64,000 nucleotides of DNA from Nitrospiria bacterium (lineage in GTDB: Bacteria > Nitrospirota > UBA9217). Position 1 is the first letter of the stretch. Every line of letters starts with the position of its first letter. The stretch spans positions 3,162-67,161 of the forward strand of contig CAKKRC010000045.1 in assembly GCA_919902495.1 (NCBI GenBank), given 5' to 3'. A program made the translations under genes and the position numbers. Below, one piece after another: positions 48,298 through 59,865 of the stretch. The notes under the pieces were generated by a model, which saw only the letters and a program-made list of their open reading frames with translations, was not told the origin of the DNA and searched no databases.

Positions 48298-48986
48298 CGG
48301 TTCTCCTCGCAGTAGTAGCCAATGCCCCGTTTGGTCTTGATGATGTCCGGCTCGGAGGGATCATCCTCGATCTGAGACCGGAGCCGCCGGATGTGGACAT
48401 CGACGGTTCTCGGCTCGACGAAGGTCTCATCCTTCCATACCGATCCCAGCAGCTGCTCGCGGCTGAATATCCGGCCTTTCCGCTCCGCGAGATGGAGCAG
48501 GAGCCTGAACTCCGTCGCGCTCAGCTCAATACGCTTGTTGTTTTTGGAGACCGAAAAGGTGTCCTTGTTTATCATCAGGCTGCCGATGCGGACGACCTCG
48601 TCCTGCTTCCGGTTGTCTCCCGATCTCCGGAGGACCGCCTTTACGCGGGCGATCAACTCCCTCGGGCTGAAGGGCTTGGTCATGTAGTCGTCAGCGCCGG
48701 TCTCGAGGCCCCGAACCCGGTCGGCCTCGTCGCCTTTGGCGGTCAGCATGATGATCGGGATGTTCTTCGTCTTCGGGCCGGCGCGCAGGATCCGGCAGAC
48801 CTCCATGCCGTGGATGCCCGGCAGCATGAGGTCGAGCAGGATCAGGTCGAACTCCTTTTTTTTGACCGCATCGAGCGCCTCGCCGCCTTCATGGACAGTC
48901 GTGACGGCAAAGCCTTCCTTCTTGAGATTGTACGAGACGAGTGAAGCAATATCTGGCTCGTCTTCAACTACCAGGATCCTCTTCAT
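48294..48986 (-). CDS. phoB: Phosphate regulon response regulator PhoB (OmpR family)
   Basis: 230 aa. REC domain plus winged-helix. Very similar to canonical PhoB and adjacent to phoR. Confidence 0.85.
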   Translation of the reverse strand: MKRILVVEDEPDIASLVSYNLKKEGFAVTTVHEGGEALDAVKKKEFDLILLDLMLPGIHGMEVCRILRAGPKTKNIPIIMLTAKGDEADRVRGLETGADDYMTKPFSPRELIARVKAVLRRSGDNRKQDEVVRIGSLMINKDTFSVSKNNKRIELSATEFRLLLHLAERKGRIFSREQLLGSVWKDETFVEPRTVDVHIRRLRSQIEDDPSEPDIIKTKRGIGYYCEENR

Positions 48987-49019
48987 ACCGTAACGTTAAT
49001 GAATCGGACGGATAAAGTC

Positions 49020-49150
49020 AAGGAACAAGAATAGTACAAAAATACATTGCGCCACGAAGGCACCAAGACACTAAGAAGATCTTGAAAAGTTAACGCATTG
49101 ATCAAATACAGAAGCCGCTCATGCATTTTTTTCGTGTCTTCGTGGCAAAT
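49020..49150. repeat. Intergenic hairpin element (ccacgaaggcaccaagacac / gtgtcttcgtgg)
   Basis: Inverted arms visible in the phoB-metK spacer. Confidence 0.65.
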
Positions 49151-49250
49151 TTGTCTCAGTATTGTCAGGATTATACTAAAGGGTCCATCGGGAACCTATC
49201 TCTATGGTTAATTCTTATTGCACTACAATATTCTATGGTACACTATCACT

Positions 49251-50453
49251 ATGATCGTCATCGAACCGTATAAAGGGAAACCCGTCACGGACCAGCGCGT
49301 GGAGATCGTCGAGCGGAAGGGTAGAGGCCATCCCGACTATCTCTGCGATTCCATGATGGAGGCGGTCTCCATTGCCCTGTCCCGGGAATATATGAAGAAG
49401 TTCGGGGCCATCCTGCACCACAATATCGATAAAGGGCTCCTGGCCGCCGGCAGGGTTGAGAAACTGTTCGGGGGAGGGAGCGTGATCGCGCCCATGGAAC
49501 TGATCATCGGCGACCGTGCGACCTTCGAGGCGGGCGGCAAGAAGGTCCGTGTCGCCGACATCGCCATTGACGCGGTGAAGGCCTGGCTCAGGAAGAACAT
49601 GCGATTCGTCGACCCGGAGAGGCATCTTAACTACCGCGTGGTGCTGGCGCAGGGGTCCGAGGAACTGACGGACATCTTCGCCCGTTCCGGCAAAGTATTG
49701 GGCGCGAACGATACCTCGGCGGCGGTGGGGTATTATCCCCTGAGCCCCACGGAGCAGGTCGTGCTGTCGCTGGAGCGGCATCTGAACGGCGTGGCGTTCA
49801 AGAGGCGCTATCCCGAGACCGGCGAGGACATCAAGGTGATGGGCCTGAGGACGGGAAATGACCTGGACCTCACCGTTGCCATGCCGCTCATCTCGCGGTT
49901 CGTCTGGAACGAGAAGAACTACTTCGAACGGAAGGCAGTGCTCCAGAAAGAGATGGAAAAGCACGCGCGGAAGTTCGATGCGTTCCGAAGGGTGCAGGTC
50001 CATTTCAATACGCTCGATGAGCCGGGGCGTGGCCTGAACGGCGTGTATTTGAGCCTTCTCGGCACGTCTGCCGAGGACGCGGACTCGGGACAGGTGGGCA
50101 GGGGCAACCGCGTGAACGGTCTCATTTCCCTGAACCGGCCGATGGGCACCGAGGCGGCGGCGGGCAAGAACCCGGTCAGCCATGTGGGCAAGATCTACAA
50201 TGTGCTGGCGCACCGGATCGCGAAAAAGCTGTTTGAGAACATCGACGGTGCGCGGGAGGTGTACGTGCTGCTGCTCTCCCGGATCGGCACGCCGATCAAC
50301 GAACCGCAGGTCGCCACGGCGCAGGTCCTGCTGGAGCGGGGGAGAGGGGTCGGACATATTTCCCGCAAGGCAGAAGAGATCGTCGGGAAGGAACTTGCCG
50401 CCATCAACAGGTTCTGTACAGAATTGAGTAAAGGAAAGTATCCGATATGCTGA
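49251..50453 (+). CDS. Archaeal-type S-adenosylmethionine synthetase (MAT, PF01941 family)
   Basis: About 400 aa. N-terminal IVERKGRGHPDYLCDSMMEAVS matches archaeal-type MAT rather than bacterial MetK. Confidence 0.7.
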   Translation: MIVIEPYKGKPVTDQRVEIVERKGRGHPDYLCDSMMEAVSIALSREYMKKFGAILHHNIDKGLLAAGRVEKLFGGGSVIAPMELIIGDRATFEAGGKKVRVADIAIDAVKAWLRKNMRFVDPERHLNYRVVLAQGSEELTDIFARSGKVLGANDTSAAVGYYPLSPTEQVVLSLERHLNGVAFKRRYPETGEDIKVMGLRTGNDLDLTVAMPLISRFVWNEKNYFERKAVLQKEMEKHARKFDAFRRVQVHFNTLDEPGRGLNGVYLSLLGTSAEDADSGQVGRGNRVNGLISLNRPMGTEAAAGKNPVSHVGKIYNVLAHRIAKKLFENIDGAREVYVLLLSRIGTPINEPQVATAQVLLERGRGVGHISRKAEEIVGKELAAINRFCTELSKGKYPIC

Positions 50454-50503
50454 TAGAACAGGGGTCAGGGGTCAGGAGTCAAATAAACTACTAACAGCTG
50501 ACA

Positions 50504-50953
50504 TTGGAAAGGAGTGCGGGCGTGCTCGATAAAGAGCTCATTGTGTATTTCAAAGCAGCACACGGATTCTTCAACTTGTGCATGATGGCGCTGTTCTGCT
50601 ACCAGGGATGGATGGGCTATTTGATCAGGCAGGCGAGGACATCGGGAGTGCCGGTCCCGCTTGACACGGTCAGGCGGCATCGTAAGGCCGGTCCGGTGTT
50701 CGCGCTGTGGGGCGTATTGGGATTTATTGCGGGAGTCATCGTGATCATGCTCGACAAGGGCAGGGTCTTCGAATATCCTCTGCATTTTCTGTCAGGATCG
50801 CTGATCGCGGTCATCATCGTGTCACTCTACTCGGTTTCGAGAAGGATCGCCGGGCCGGAGCCGCATTACCGGAACATCCACTTCGGCCTTGGGATGTGCC
50901 TGCTCGCACTCTATGTCATCCAGGTCCTGCTGGGGCTCGGCATCCTGCTGTAA
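50504..50953 (+). CDS. Hypothetical integral membrane protein (4 TM)
   Basis: 149 aa ORF with four hydrophobic helices. Confidence 0.4.
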   Translation: MERSAGVLDKELIVYFKAAHGFFNLCMMALFCYQGWMGYLIRQARTSGVPVPLDTVRRHRKAGPVFALWGVLGFIAGVIVIMLDKGRVFEYPLHFLSGSLIAVIIVSLYSVSRRIAGPEPHYRNIHFGLGMCLLALYVIQVLLGLGILL

Positions 50954-51180
50954 GTGCAATTCCCTGGAGTCGCCTTGCAGGTTCCTCCCCAAAGATAAGC
51001 CCCCTCTCCCTTTTTCCCTCTCCCACTGGGGGAGAGGGGCAGGGGTGAGGGGAGTTGTTTTGGGTTAGGTGGGGGTGATGAGCACGAACGCCGAATACTT
51101 CACCCTCCCCTTAATCCCCTCCCATCGAAGGGAGGGGAGAGTTAAAAGCCACGATACTTCGTAGTTTGCTACGGGGAGGA
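50954..51180. repeat. Intergenic hairpin element (cccctctccc...ggggagaggggcagggg family)
   Basis: C-rich and G-rich complementary arms. Related copies at 60650-60750 and 62080-62170. Confidence 0.65.
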
Positions 51181-53448
51181 TCATTCCTGCCTGTCCAGCA
51201 CCTCCCTGACCTTCCGCAGGAGCTCTGAGGGAGAGACGGGTTTGGAGACGAAGCTCAATCCTTTTTCCAGTATCCCTTCCTTGCTGATCATGTCCGCGCT
51301 GTAGCCGCTGATGAACAATACCTTGATGTCGGGTTTGATCGTTCGTATCTCTTCGTAGGCGTCCTTCCCGCTCTTCCGGGGCATAATGACGTCGAACAGC
51401 AGCAAGCCGATCCGGTCCCGGTTCTCCTGGAAAACGCTTACGGCATCGTTCCCATCCTTCGCGACGATCACGGTGTAACCGAATTCCCTGAGGATGGAAC
51501 TGGTAAGGTTACGGATGATCTCGTCATCCTCCGCTACCAGGAGCGTCTCCGTTCCTCCCTTCAAGATCTCTTCGGCAGGAACTTCCTCCTTCGCTGTACC
51601 GTGCTTGAGCGCGGGGAAATAGACATGGAACGATGTTCCCCGTCCCTGCTCGCTCTCCACATCGATGAAGCCCTGATGCTGTTTGATGAGCCCATAGACC
51701 GAAGCGAGGCCGAGACCGGTGCCTTTTCCCATCTCCTTGGTGGTGAAGAAAGGCTCAAAGATCCGCTTGCGGGTCTGCTCGTCCATGCCCGCGCCGGTGT
51801 CGGATATCGAGAGCCTGACATACATGCCGGGTTTCCCGTAGCCGTGGCTCGCGATAGAGTCCTCATTCAGCTCGACGATCGCGGTGCTGATGGTGAGGGT
51901 CCCGCCGCGCGGCATGGAGTCCCGGGCGTTCGTCACGAGGTTCATGAGCACCTGTTCGACCTGGACACTGTCGGCCATAACGGTCATGTCGGCAGGCACA
52001 AGGCGGGTAATGAGCTCGATGTCCTCACGAATGAGACGCTTCAACAGCTTCTCTACCCGCAGGATGATGCTGTTGAGCTCGATGGGGACGGGATTGATGA
52101 TCTGCTTCCGGCTGAATGTCAGGAGGCTTTGGGTCAGTTGGGCCGCCCGCTGGGCGGTGGTCATGATGTTCTCCGCATAGGACCTGAGCGGATCGGTCTT
52201 CTCCATCTTCATTTGGAGGAGGTTCCCGTACCCGATGATCGCGGTGAGAACATTATTGAAGTCATGGGCGACGCCGCCGGCCAGGAGACCGACGGACTCC
52301 ATCTTTTGGGCCTGCCGGAGCTGTTCCTCGAGCTTCATACTGTTCGTCACGTCGTTTACCAGGACGATCTCGCCGCGCCTGCCGCCGAAGTCCACCACAT
52401 GGGACGTGATCTCCACATGAATGAGCGTCCCATCCTTCTTCCGGTGCCGCCAGACGCCGGCCTTGTCGATGCCCGTCGTTATGCGGGATACATTCTCCAG
52501 GAGCGGCGAGATGTCCTCGGCGGGCCGGATGTCCTTGATGGTCATGGCGAGGAACTCGTCTTTGGAATAACCGTAATGCTCCACCGCGGCATCGTTCACG
52601 GTAAGGAATCTGAGCGTTTCGAGGTCATAGACCCACATGGGATGGGGATTGCTCTCGAACAGAACACGGTACTTCTCTTCGCTCTCGATGAGCTGACGCT
52701 GCTGCCGCTGGATGTTCCGGGAGAACAGCATGATGCCGCCGGTGCCGATGAACCAGAGGAACACATGGCTCAGCAGGAGCGCTTTCTGCTCCCTGGCCTC
52801 CGCCTCAAAGTGCGGCCGGAGCGGGACGGAAATGCTTATGCCGCCGCGGACGTCGCCGACCTTGTAGCCCTGGTGTCCGTGGCACTTAAGGCATGCCTGT
52901 TCGGTCTTGAACGGCCGCATGAGCCGCATGTAGGGTTCGTCATGAATGACGGTCTCGCTGCTCTGCTCCTTTAGGCCCCGCTCGAATTCCTTGAGCGTCT
53001 TCTCTTCCCATGCGTCGGGCAGGTTGACCGGATTGATGTACTTGAGGCTGGTCAGGTGGCTGATGATGGGCAGGGAGGAGTGCTTGCCGATAAGCTCGAA
53101 GACCTGGCGTGTCATCCAGGCGGGATTTATGAGCGTGAGCTTTTTTCCAGTCGTGGTGGTGATGTCGCGCTCCGCCACGGTCAGATAGGGATTGGGCTGC
53201 ATGGTATCGGTCACCGGCACATATACGCCGCCGTGGAGAGATCCCCAGCGCCGGAACTCGATGGTCAGGTCGTAGAACGAACGGGCGACGATGCGCGCCT
53301 TTTCAATGTTGTTCAGACGGGTGACATGGTAATTCCAGGAGAGGGAGACGATGACGAGAACGGACCAGCCGAGGATGAGCAGCAGGATATACTTCTCCAT
53401 GCGGAGCTTCCAGCGTTGTCTCGAGAGCTTGAACATACGTGAACACAT
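51181..53448 (-). CDS. Hybrid sensor histidine kinase with periplasmic CxxCH (heme c) DUF3365-like sensor domain, PAS, HisKA, HATPase and C-terminal REC
   Basis: 755 aa. N-terminal [11 protein letters not shown] heme-binding motif, PAS, H-box, GxGxG ATPase boxes, C-terminal receiver [13 protein letters not shown]...DVIMP. Confidence 0.75.
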   Translation of the reverse strand: MCSRMFKLSRQRWKLRMEKYILLLILGWSVLVIVSLSWNYHVTRLNNIEKARIVARSFYDLTIEFRRWGSLHGGVYVPVTDTMQPNPYLTVAERDITTTTGKKLTLINPAWMTRQVFELIGKHSSLPIISHLTSLKYINPVNLPDAWEEKTLKEFERGLKEQSSETVIHDEPYMRLMRPFKTEQACLKCHGHQGYKVGDVRGGISISVPLRPHFEAEAREQKALLLSHVFLWFIGTGGIMLFSRNIQRQQRQLIESEEKYRVLFESNPHPMWVYDLETLRFLTVNDAAVEHYGYSKDEFLAMTIKDIRPAEDISPLLENVSRITTGIDKAGVWRHRKKDGTLIHVEITSHVVDFGGRRGEIVLVNDVTNSMKLEEQLRQAQKMESVGLLAGGVAHDFNNVLTAIIGYGNLLQMKMEKTDPLRSYAENIMTTAQRAAQLTQSLLTFSRKQIINPVPIELNSIILRVEKLLKRLIREDIELITRLVPADMTVMADSVQVEQVLMNLVTNARDSMPRGGTLTISTAIVELNEDSIASHGYGKPGMYVRLSISDTGAGMDEQTRKRIFEPFFTTKEMGKGTGLGLASVYGLIKQHQGFIDVESEQGRGTSFHVYFPALKHGTAKEEVPAEEILKGGTETLLVAEDDEIIRNLTSSILREFGYTVIVAKDGNDAVSVFQENRDRIGLLLFDVIMPRKSGKDAYEEIRTIKPDIKVLFISGYSADMISKEGILEKGLSFVSKPVSPSELLRKVREVLDRQE

Positions 53449-53612
53449 TGTAGCACATCGGCCGGTCCTCTGCTATCGGCATTCAGGCATTCCGGACCGT
53501 TCAACCTTTTCCGCGGTTGAATGCCATCGGCAGTACCGGGCAGCCGCATCGGTATCTGACGCCTGCCGGGTCCGAATACTGCGATATACCGGAGCGCATG
53601 CACGGTGTCAGA

Positions 53613-55067
53613 TCACCGGGCATCAATGGCGCGGGTCATTCGGTGCAGCTCCTTCCATCGCCCATAGCGGTGAAGGACGCCGGGGTTGGTCCTGCCTTCG
53701 GCCGGCTCTCCTGTCCCGGCCATTTTTTTGATATCGCGCGTGGTCCACGTCCCGTGCTGGATCCCGGCGAGAAAGGCGGCGCCCCGGGCCGAGACCTCCT
53801 TTTCCTCGTTCACCGTGATCCCCATGCCGAGCAGGTCCGCCTGGACCTGGACGAGGTAACTGAGCGAGGACAAGCCGCCGGCTGTCGCGAAGGCCGAGGG
53901 CTGAATGCCGGCCGCCCGGACCGTATCGGCGATGTCCCGCATGAAGAACGCTATGTTTTCCACTGCAGCCCGAACGATATCGGCTGTCGTGCTGTCGGCC
54001 GTCAGCCCGTGGATCGAGCTCGAGATGCCGGTTTCCCAGTGGGGCGCGCCGGTCCCGTTGATCCCGATGAAGGCGACAACATCGGTCAACGCCTTCCAGC
54101 AGAGGTCGTCCACCTCGTCGAATTCCCGGAACAGACCGATGCGGACCCTGAGCCATTCGAGGGCGTCGCCAACAGCGTTAACGCTCCCTTCGAGCAGGTA
54201 ATGGTTCCCGCTGTTCGATGAATAATGGACTGACGCCATTAATCCCGGAGCCGGTACCAGGGTCTCCCCCGTGTTGACCATGAGGAAACCGCCGGTCCCG
54301 TAATTGATGCCGCCCTCGCCTTTATTCGTCACGCCGAGCCCGAGCATGGCAGCCTGCTGGTCGCCGATGCTGGCGAGCAGGGGAACGTCTTCCGACGATG
54401 TGCCGATACGGCCGAAATCATGGGCTGTCGGCTTGATGACGGGAAGGTGTATCTCCGAAAGGCCGAAGAGGTCAAGGAGACCCGGGTCCCAGGCAAGGGA
54501 ACGGATGTCCATGAGCTGGGTGCGGGCCGCGTTCGTGTGGTCGATGATCGGCCTGGCGCCGTTCGTCAGCTGCTGCACCAGGTAACTGCTGAGCGTGCCG
54601 TACACCGTTGTTTTTTTCCGGGCCGCAGGAAGGCTGTCCCTGAGCCAGCGGAACTTGGAGGCGGAGTAGTAGGGGGTGAGGGGAAGACCGGTAGCGGTGA
54701 AGACCCGTTCTTTCTGGCCAGCCATCCTGTCGATGAGGCCGGTCCCGCGCGTATCCCGCCAACTGATGACCGGGCTGAGCGTTTCGCCGGTCTCCACGTT
54801 CCAGATGAGGCAGGAGGAGCGCTGGCAGGAAAGGCCGGCGCCCAGCACGGTGAGACCCGCTGAATCCGCGTGGCGCATCGAATCTTCCAGGACCTCACGG
54901 ACGGACCCCAGGACCTCTATCGGGTCCTGCTCGACGCGCAGCCCCTCCCGGAAGGGCCGCGTCAGTTCCCGTTTTGTCCGGAACAGGACCTCTCCCGAGA
55001 CGCCGATGACCAGCGCCTTCGTCGAACTGCTCCCCTGGTCGATCCCGATAAAGCATTCCTGGTTCAT
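53613..55067 (-). CDS. FGGY family carbohydrate kinase (glycerol kinase/xylulokinase-like)
   Basis: N-terminal FIGIDQGSSSTKALV actin-fold ATPase motif. Start trimmed to MNQECF. Confidence 0.65.
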   Translation of the reverse strand: MNQECFIGIDQGSSSTKALVIGVSGEVLFRTKRELTRPFREGLRVEQDPIEVLGSVREVLEDSMRHADSAGLTVLGAGLSCQRSSCLIWNVETGETLSPVISWRDTRGTGLIDRMAGQKERVFTATGLPLTPYYSASKFRWLRDSLPAARKKTTVYGTLSSYLVQQLTNGARPIIDHTNAARTQLMDIRSLAWDPGLLDLFGLSEIHLPVIKPTAHDFGRIGTSSEDVPLLASIGDQQAAMLGLGVTNKGEGGINYGTGGFLMVNTGETLVPAPGLMASVHYSSNSGNHYLLEGSVNAVGDALEWLRVRIGLFREFDEVDDLCWKALTDVVAFIGINGTGAPHWETGISSSIHGLTADSTTADIVRAAVENIAFFMRDIADTVRAAGIQPSAFATAGGLSSLSYLVQVQADLLGMGITVNEEKEVSARGAAFLAGIQHGTWTTRDIKKMAGTGEPAEGRTNPGVLHRYGRWKELHRMTRAIDAR

Positions 55068-55461
55068 GTCTCTTCTCCCGTGACGTATTTCCATTCCAGA
55101 CAAGCCGGAACCAAATGTTGCCACAAAGACGCGAAGGCACGAAGAAAATCAGTAGTGGCCGATGGATTTGCTCACTTCTTTAATTTCATTCTTTGTGTCT
55201 TAGAGCCTTCGTGGCTGAAGTTTGTTTCATTTTGGCAAGAATATAATTCGTAACTACGTAACAGTGTACCCGTACTTTAATGCAAGGTCAATCGGCGCCG
55301 TTATACAACGCGAAACAATGCGTTCCTGTATAGGTTTTGTTCAGGTGACGCGAAATACATCTTGTCTTACATATGCAGCAGGCGTCGTTCGTCGTCTATA
55401 CCGGAAGGAAATAGACAATGGAATCAGCAAAATAGGCAATTATTCGCAGGAGGTGAAAAAA

Positions 55462-55477
55462 TGGCACGGCCATTGCT
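55462..55477 (+). promoter_or_regulatory. Sigma-54 (-24/-12) promoter upstream of nifH
   Basis: TGGCACGGCCATTGCT: GG and GC elements 12 nt apart (TGGCAC-N5-TTGC), about 40 nt upstream of the nifH ATG. Confidence 0.7.
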
Positions 55478-55497
55478 ATTACCAAAGCAAATCCTAA

Positions 55498-56358
<861 letters not shown>

Positions 56359-56546
56359 TCCGATTGCGGATTGCGGATTGCGGAATAAAAACAACGGCAA
56401 GAATCGAACCTTTTCACCGCGAGGGCGCGAGGAGCGCGAGGAAATCATAAACAAGAATTAAAGAAAATGAATTCTGCCGTCCTCGCGACCTTTGCGCCCT
56501 CGCGGTGAAAGGTTTTATATCCGGCCTTTGACGTTAGGAGAAAATT
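56359..56546. repeat. Intergenic elements between nifH and nifD: gcggattgcggaat tandem motif plus hairpin (caccgcgagggcgcgagg / cgccctcgcggtgaaa)
   Basis: attgcggattgcggattgcggaat at 56361-56386, also found after dut at 697-726. Inverted arms at 56405-56425 and 56490-56515. Confidence 0.7.
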
Positions 56547-57986
56547 ATGACAACAAAGATCAAAGACACCCAGAAGATGATCGAAGATGTCCTCTCGGTC
56601 TATCCCGAGAAGTCAAAAAAAGAGCGTGCCAAGCACCTGGCCGCCAACGACCCGACAGGACAATGCAGCACCTGCCAGGTGAAGGCGAACGTCAAGTCCC
56701 GGCCCGGCGTTATGACCGTGCGCGGTTGCGCTTACGCCGGCGCCAAGGGTGTGGTCTGGGGCCCGGTGAAGGACCAGATCACGATCAGCCACGGTCCCAT
56801 CGGTTGCGGGCAGTACTCCTGGTGGTCGCGCAGGAACTACTACAACGGCCAGACCGGGATCGACGCTTTCGGCACCATGCACATAACGACGGATTTTCAG
56901 GAAAAGAACATCGTCTATGGCGGCGACAAGGGTCTCGATCTGGCGATCAAGGAGCTGCACGGGCTGTTCCCGCTGGGTCGCGGCATCGGCATCCTGTCCG
57001 AATGCCCGGTGGGGCTCATCGGCGACGATATCGAAGCGGTCTCGAAGCGCGTGGCAAAGGAGATTAACATCCCGATCGTGCCGGTGCGGTGTGAGGGCTT
57101 CCGCGGGGTTTCTCAGTCCCTGGGCCACCACATCGCGAACGATACGATCAAGGATTATGTGCTCGGCAAAGGCACGCTTGAAAAGACTACACCCTACGAC
57201 GTGAATCTGATCGGCGACTACAATATCGGCGGCGATGCCTGGGCATCGCGCAAAATACTCGAGGAGATGGGCCTCCGCGTCATTGCCCAGTACACGGGTG
57301 ACTCAACGATCAACGAGCTCGGCATTGCAAGCAAGGCCAAACTGAACCTGATCCACTGTTATCGGTCTATGAACTACATCTGCCGGACCATGGAAGAGAA
57401 CTACGGCATTCCCTGGATGGAATTCAATTTCTTCGGACCCACCAAGACCTTTGACAGCATCAGGAAGATCGCCGCCAAGTTCGACGAAAAGATCCGGAAG
57501 AACTCCGAGGCTGTGATCGCCAAGTACACGCCGCTCATGGAAAAGGTGGTGGCGCAGTACCGGTCGAAGCTGGAAGGCAAGAAAGTAATGCTCTACGTCG
57601 GGGGCCTCCGTCCGCGCCACACCATCGGCGCCTACGAGGACCTGGGCATGGAAGTGGTTGCTTCCGGTTATGAGTTCGGCCACGCTGACGATTACAAGCG
57701 CACCTATCCCGAGCTGAAAGAAGGCGCGGTGATCATGGATGACGCGACCTTGTATGAATTGGAAGAGTTCACCCGCAGGCTGAAACCGGATATGGTCGGA
57801 TCGGGCATCAAGGAGAAATACTCCTACCATAAGCTCGGCGTGCCGTTCCGGCAGATGCATTCCTGGGACTACTCGGGACCCTATCACGGGTTCGACGGGT
57901 TCCCGGTCTTCGCAAGGGACATGGACATGACGGTGAACAGCCCGACGTGGGATTTGATCAGAAGAAAAAATGAAAAAAATCTTTGA
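56547..57986 (+). CDS. nifD: Nitrogenase molybdenum-iron protein alpha chain
   Basis: 479 aa. NifD N-terminal region and Cys/His cofactor ligands. RBS AGGAG. Confidence 0.9.
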   Translation: MTTKIKDTQKMIEDVLSVYPEKSKKERAKHLAANDPTGQCSTCQVKANVKSRPGVMTVRGCAYAGAKGVVWGPVKDQITISHGPIGCGQYSWWSRRNYYNGQTGIDAFGTMHITTDFQEKNIVYGGDKGLDLAIKELHGLFPLGRGIGILSECPVGLIGDDIEAVSKRVAKEINIPIVPVRCEGFRGVSQSLGHHIANDTIKDYVLGKGTLEKTTPYDVNLIGDYNIGGDAWASRKILEEMGLRVIAQYTGDSTINELGIASKAKLNLIHCYRSMNYICRTMEENYGIPWMEFNFFGPTKTFDSIRKIAAKFDEKIRKNSEAVIAKYTPLMEKVVAQYRSKLEGKKVMLYVGGLRPRHTIGAYEDLGMEVVASGYEFGHADDYKRTYPELKEGAVIMDDATLYELEEFTRRLKPDMVGSGIKEKYSYHKLGVPFRQMHSWDYSGPYHGFDGFPVFARDMDMTVNSPTWDLIRRKNEKNL

Positions 57987-58266
57987 CACGGATTTACACA
58001 GATAACAGCTATGAAGGGGCATGATAAGGCAGGATGTATCCATGAAAACCATAGCCTTTATCCGCCTCTTCCGTGTCAAAGGTGTAGCCTTTTGATCGTC
58101 GTATACAGGAAAAGTAAATTCTTTGACACGGATTTCCACAGACAAAAGCTATGAAGGGGCACGATAAGGCGAAGGATGTATCCGTGAAAATCATAGCCGT
58201 TATCCGCCGCTTCAGTGTCTAAGGCATGTTTTGTTTATGGGTTAATAAAGTTTGGAGGGGATCATC
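57987..58266. repeat. Two tandem copies of a ~100-bp hairpin element between nifD and nifK
   Basis: ctttgacacggatttacacagataacagctatgaaggggcatgataaggc...tccgtgtcaaagg and a second ~90%-identical copy. Each copy is itself an inverted repeat (gacacgga / tccgtgtc). Confidence 0.8.
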
Positions 58267-59772
58267 ATGAAGATCAGAGACCATAGCGAGCTGTTCAAGC
58301 AGCAGGACTACCAGGAGCAGTTCGAGCGCAAGAAGGAATTCGAGAATCCCTGGCCCGCCGAGAAGGTGAAGGAGATCTCGGACTGGACCAGGACCGAGGA
58401 GTATAAAGAGCTCAATTTCAAACGGGAGAACATCAAGATCAATCCCGCGAAGGCGTGCCAGCCTCTGGGCGCGGTGTTCTGCGCCTCGGGGTTCGAAGGC
58501 ACCATGCCCTTTGTTCAGGGAGCCCAGGGCTGCGTGGCATACTTCCGAAGCCACCTGAGCCGGCACTTCAAGGAACCCTTTGCCGCGATCTCCACGTCCA
58601 TGACCGAGGACGCGGCGGTGTTCGGCGGCCTGAACAACATGCTCGAAGGCCTGGAGAACACCCATGCCCTGTACAAGCCCAAAATGATCGCGGTCTCGAC
58701 GACCTGCATGGCAGAGGTGATCGGCGACGACCTGAACTCCTACATCAAGACGGCGAAGGAGAAGGGCGTCGTTCCCCAGGACCTGCTCATCCCGTTCGCG
58801 AACACCCCGAGCTTTGTGGGTTCCCATATCGTGGGTTATGACAACATGATGAAGGGGATCCTGAAAGCGCTTTGGGCAGGAAAGAAAGGCGAACCGAACG
58901 GGAAGATCAACATCATTCCGGGCTTCGATACCTACACCGGCAACTACCACGAGATCAAGCGGCTGATGAGCTTGATGGGCATCGAGGCGACAGTGCTTGC
59001 TGACGTGAGCGATACCTTTGATTCTCCAAATACAGGAGAGTACAAGCTCTATCCCGGCGGCACGCCGCTCCACGACGCGCAGGACGCGGTGAACGCGATC
59101 GGGACGGTGGCGCTCCAAAAATATTCTACCGTAAAGACCATGGATCACATCCAAAAGGAGTCGGGACAGAGGACGCTCACGCTTTCGCCGATCGGCATCA
59201 AGAACACCGACGCGTTCTTTGCCGAGCTCTCCAAGCTCACCGGCAAGCCTGTCCCGGCGGCGATCGAAGCAGAACGTGGAAGGGTCGTGGACGCCATGGT
59301 CGATTCGCACCCTTATGTTCACGGCAAGCGGTTCGCCCTGGTCGGCGACCCGGACATCCTGCTCGGCATGATGAGCCTCATCATGGAGATGGGTGGAGAG
59401 CCGGTCCACATCGTCTGTACCAACGGCGACAAGCACTTCGAGGCGGAGGCGAACGAACTGCTCGCGTCGAGCCCCTTCGGCGCGAATGGAAAGGTCTATA
59501 TCGGCAAGGACATGTGGCATTTGCGGTCGCTCCTGTTCACCGATCCCGTCGACATCCTGATCGGCAACTCCTACGCAAAGTTCCTGACCCAGGACACGGG
59601 AACGCCGCTGGTGCGCATCGGGTTCCCGCTCTTCGACCGGCATCATCTCCACCGCCAGCCTATCATCGGTTACCAGGGCGCATTGAACCTCGTGACCATG
59701 CTGGTGAATACAACACTTGACGAGCTGGACAGGAAGACCGAGGGTTCGGCCAGCTTTGATGTAATTAGATAA
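58267..59772 (+). CDS. nifK: Nitrogenase molybdenum-iron protein beta chain
   Basis: 501 aa. PLGAVFCASGFEGTMPFVQGAQGCVAY P-cluster Cys ligands. RBS GGAGGGG before ATG at 58267. Confidence 0.9.
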   Translation: MKIRDHSELFKQQDYQEQFERKKEFENPWPAEKVKEISDWTRTEEYKELNFKRENIKINPAKACQPLGAVFCASGFEGTMPFVQGAQGCVAYFRSHLSRHFKEPFAAISTSMTEDAAVFGGLNNMLEGLENTHALYKPKMIAVSTTCMAEVIGDDLNSYIKTAKEKGVVPQDLLIPFANTPSFVGSHIVGYDNMMKGILKALWAGKKGEPNGKINIIPGFDTYTGNYHEIKRLMSLMGIEATVLADVSDTFDSPNTGEYKLYPGGTPLHDAQDAVNAIGTVALQKYSTVKTMDHIQKESGQRTLTLSPIGIKNTDAFFAELSKLTGKPVPAAIEAERGRVVDAMVDSHPYVHGKRFALVGDPDILLGMMSLIMEMGGEPVHIVCTNGDKHFEAEANELLASSPFGANGKVYIGKDMWHLRSLLFTDPVDILIGNSYAKFLTQDTGTPLVRIGFPLFDRHHLHRQPIIGYQGALNLVTMLVNTTLDELDRKTEGSASFDVIR

Positions 59773-59865
59773 CAGACGGCAGAACACAGATGACAGACAA
59801 CAGACTAGAGCTTTTGAATCTGTCTGTTATCTGGCAGTCTGACATCTGATGTCTGGGAGTTACCC
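59773..59865. repeat. Palindromic intergenic hairpin (cagacaacagac family), homolog of 3481-3587
   Basis: acagacaacagactagagc...gtctgttatctg. Shares the acagacaacagact[g/a]gagc core with the element after the second M16 gene. Confidence 0.7.

Noticed and set aside
51601-52974. 457-aa plus-strand ORF inside the hybrid kinase gene
   Set aside because: Antisense shadow ORF. The minus-strand kinase has a complete domain series.
55117-55132. TGT-N10-ACG near-match to a NifA upstream activator sequence
   Set aside because: The downstream half-site is ACG, not ACA. No second copy was found, so it is not supported.
57987-58266. Possible CRISPR array (direct repeats)
   Set aside because: Only two ~100-bp copies, internally palindromic, with no short spacer-repeat periodicity and no cas genes. 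Interpreted as tandem hairpin elements.
58219-59787. 522-aa minus-strand ORF covering nifK
   Set aside because: Antisense to nifK, whose identity is unambiguous.
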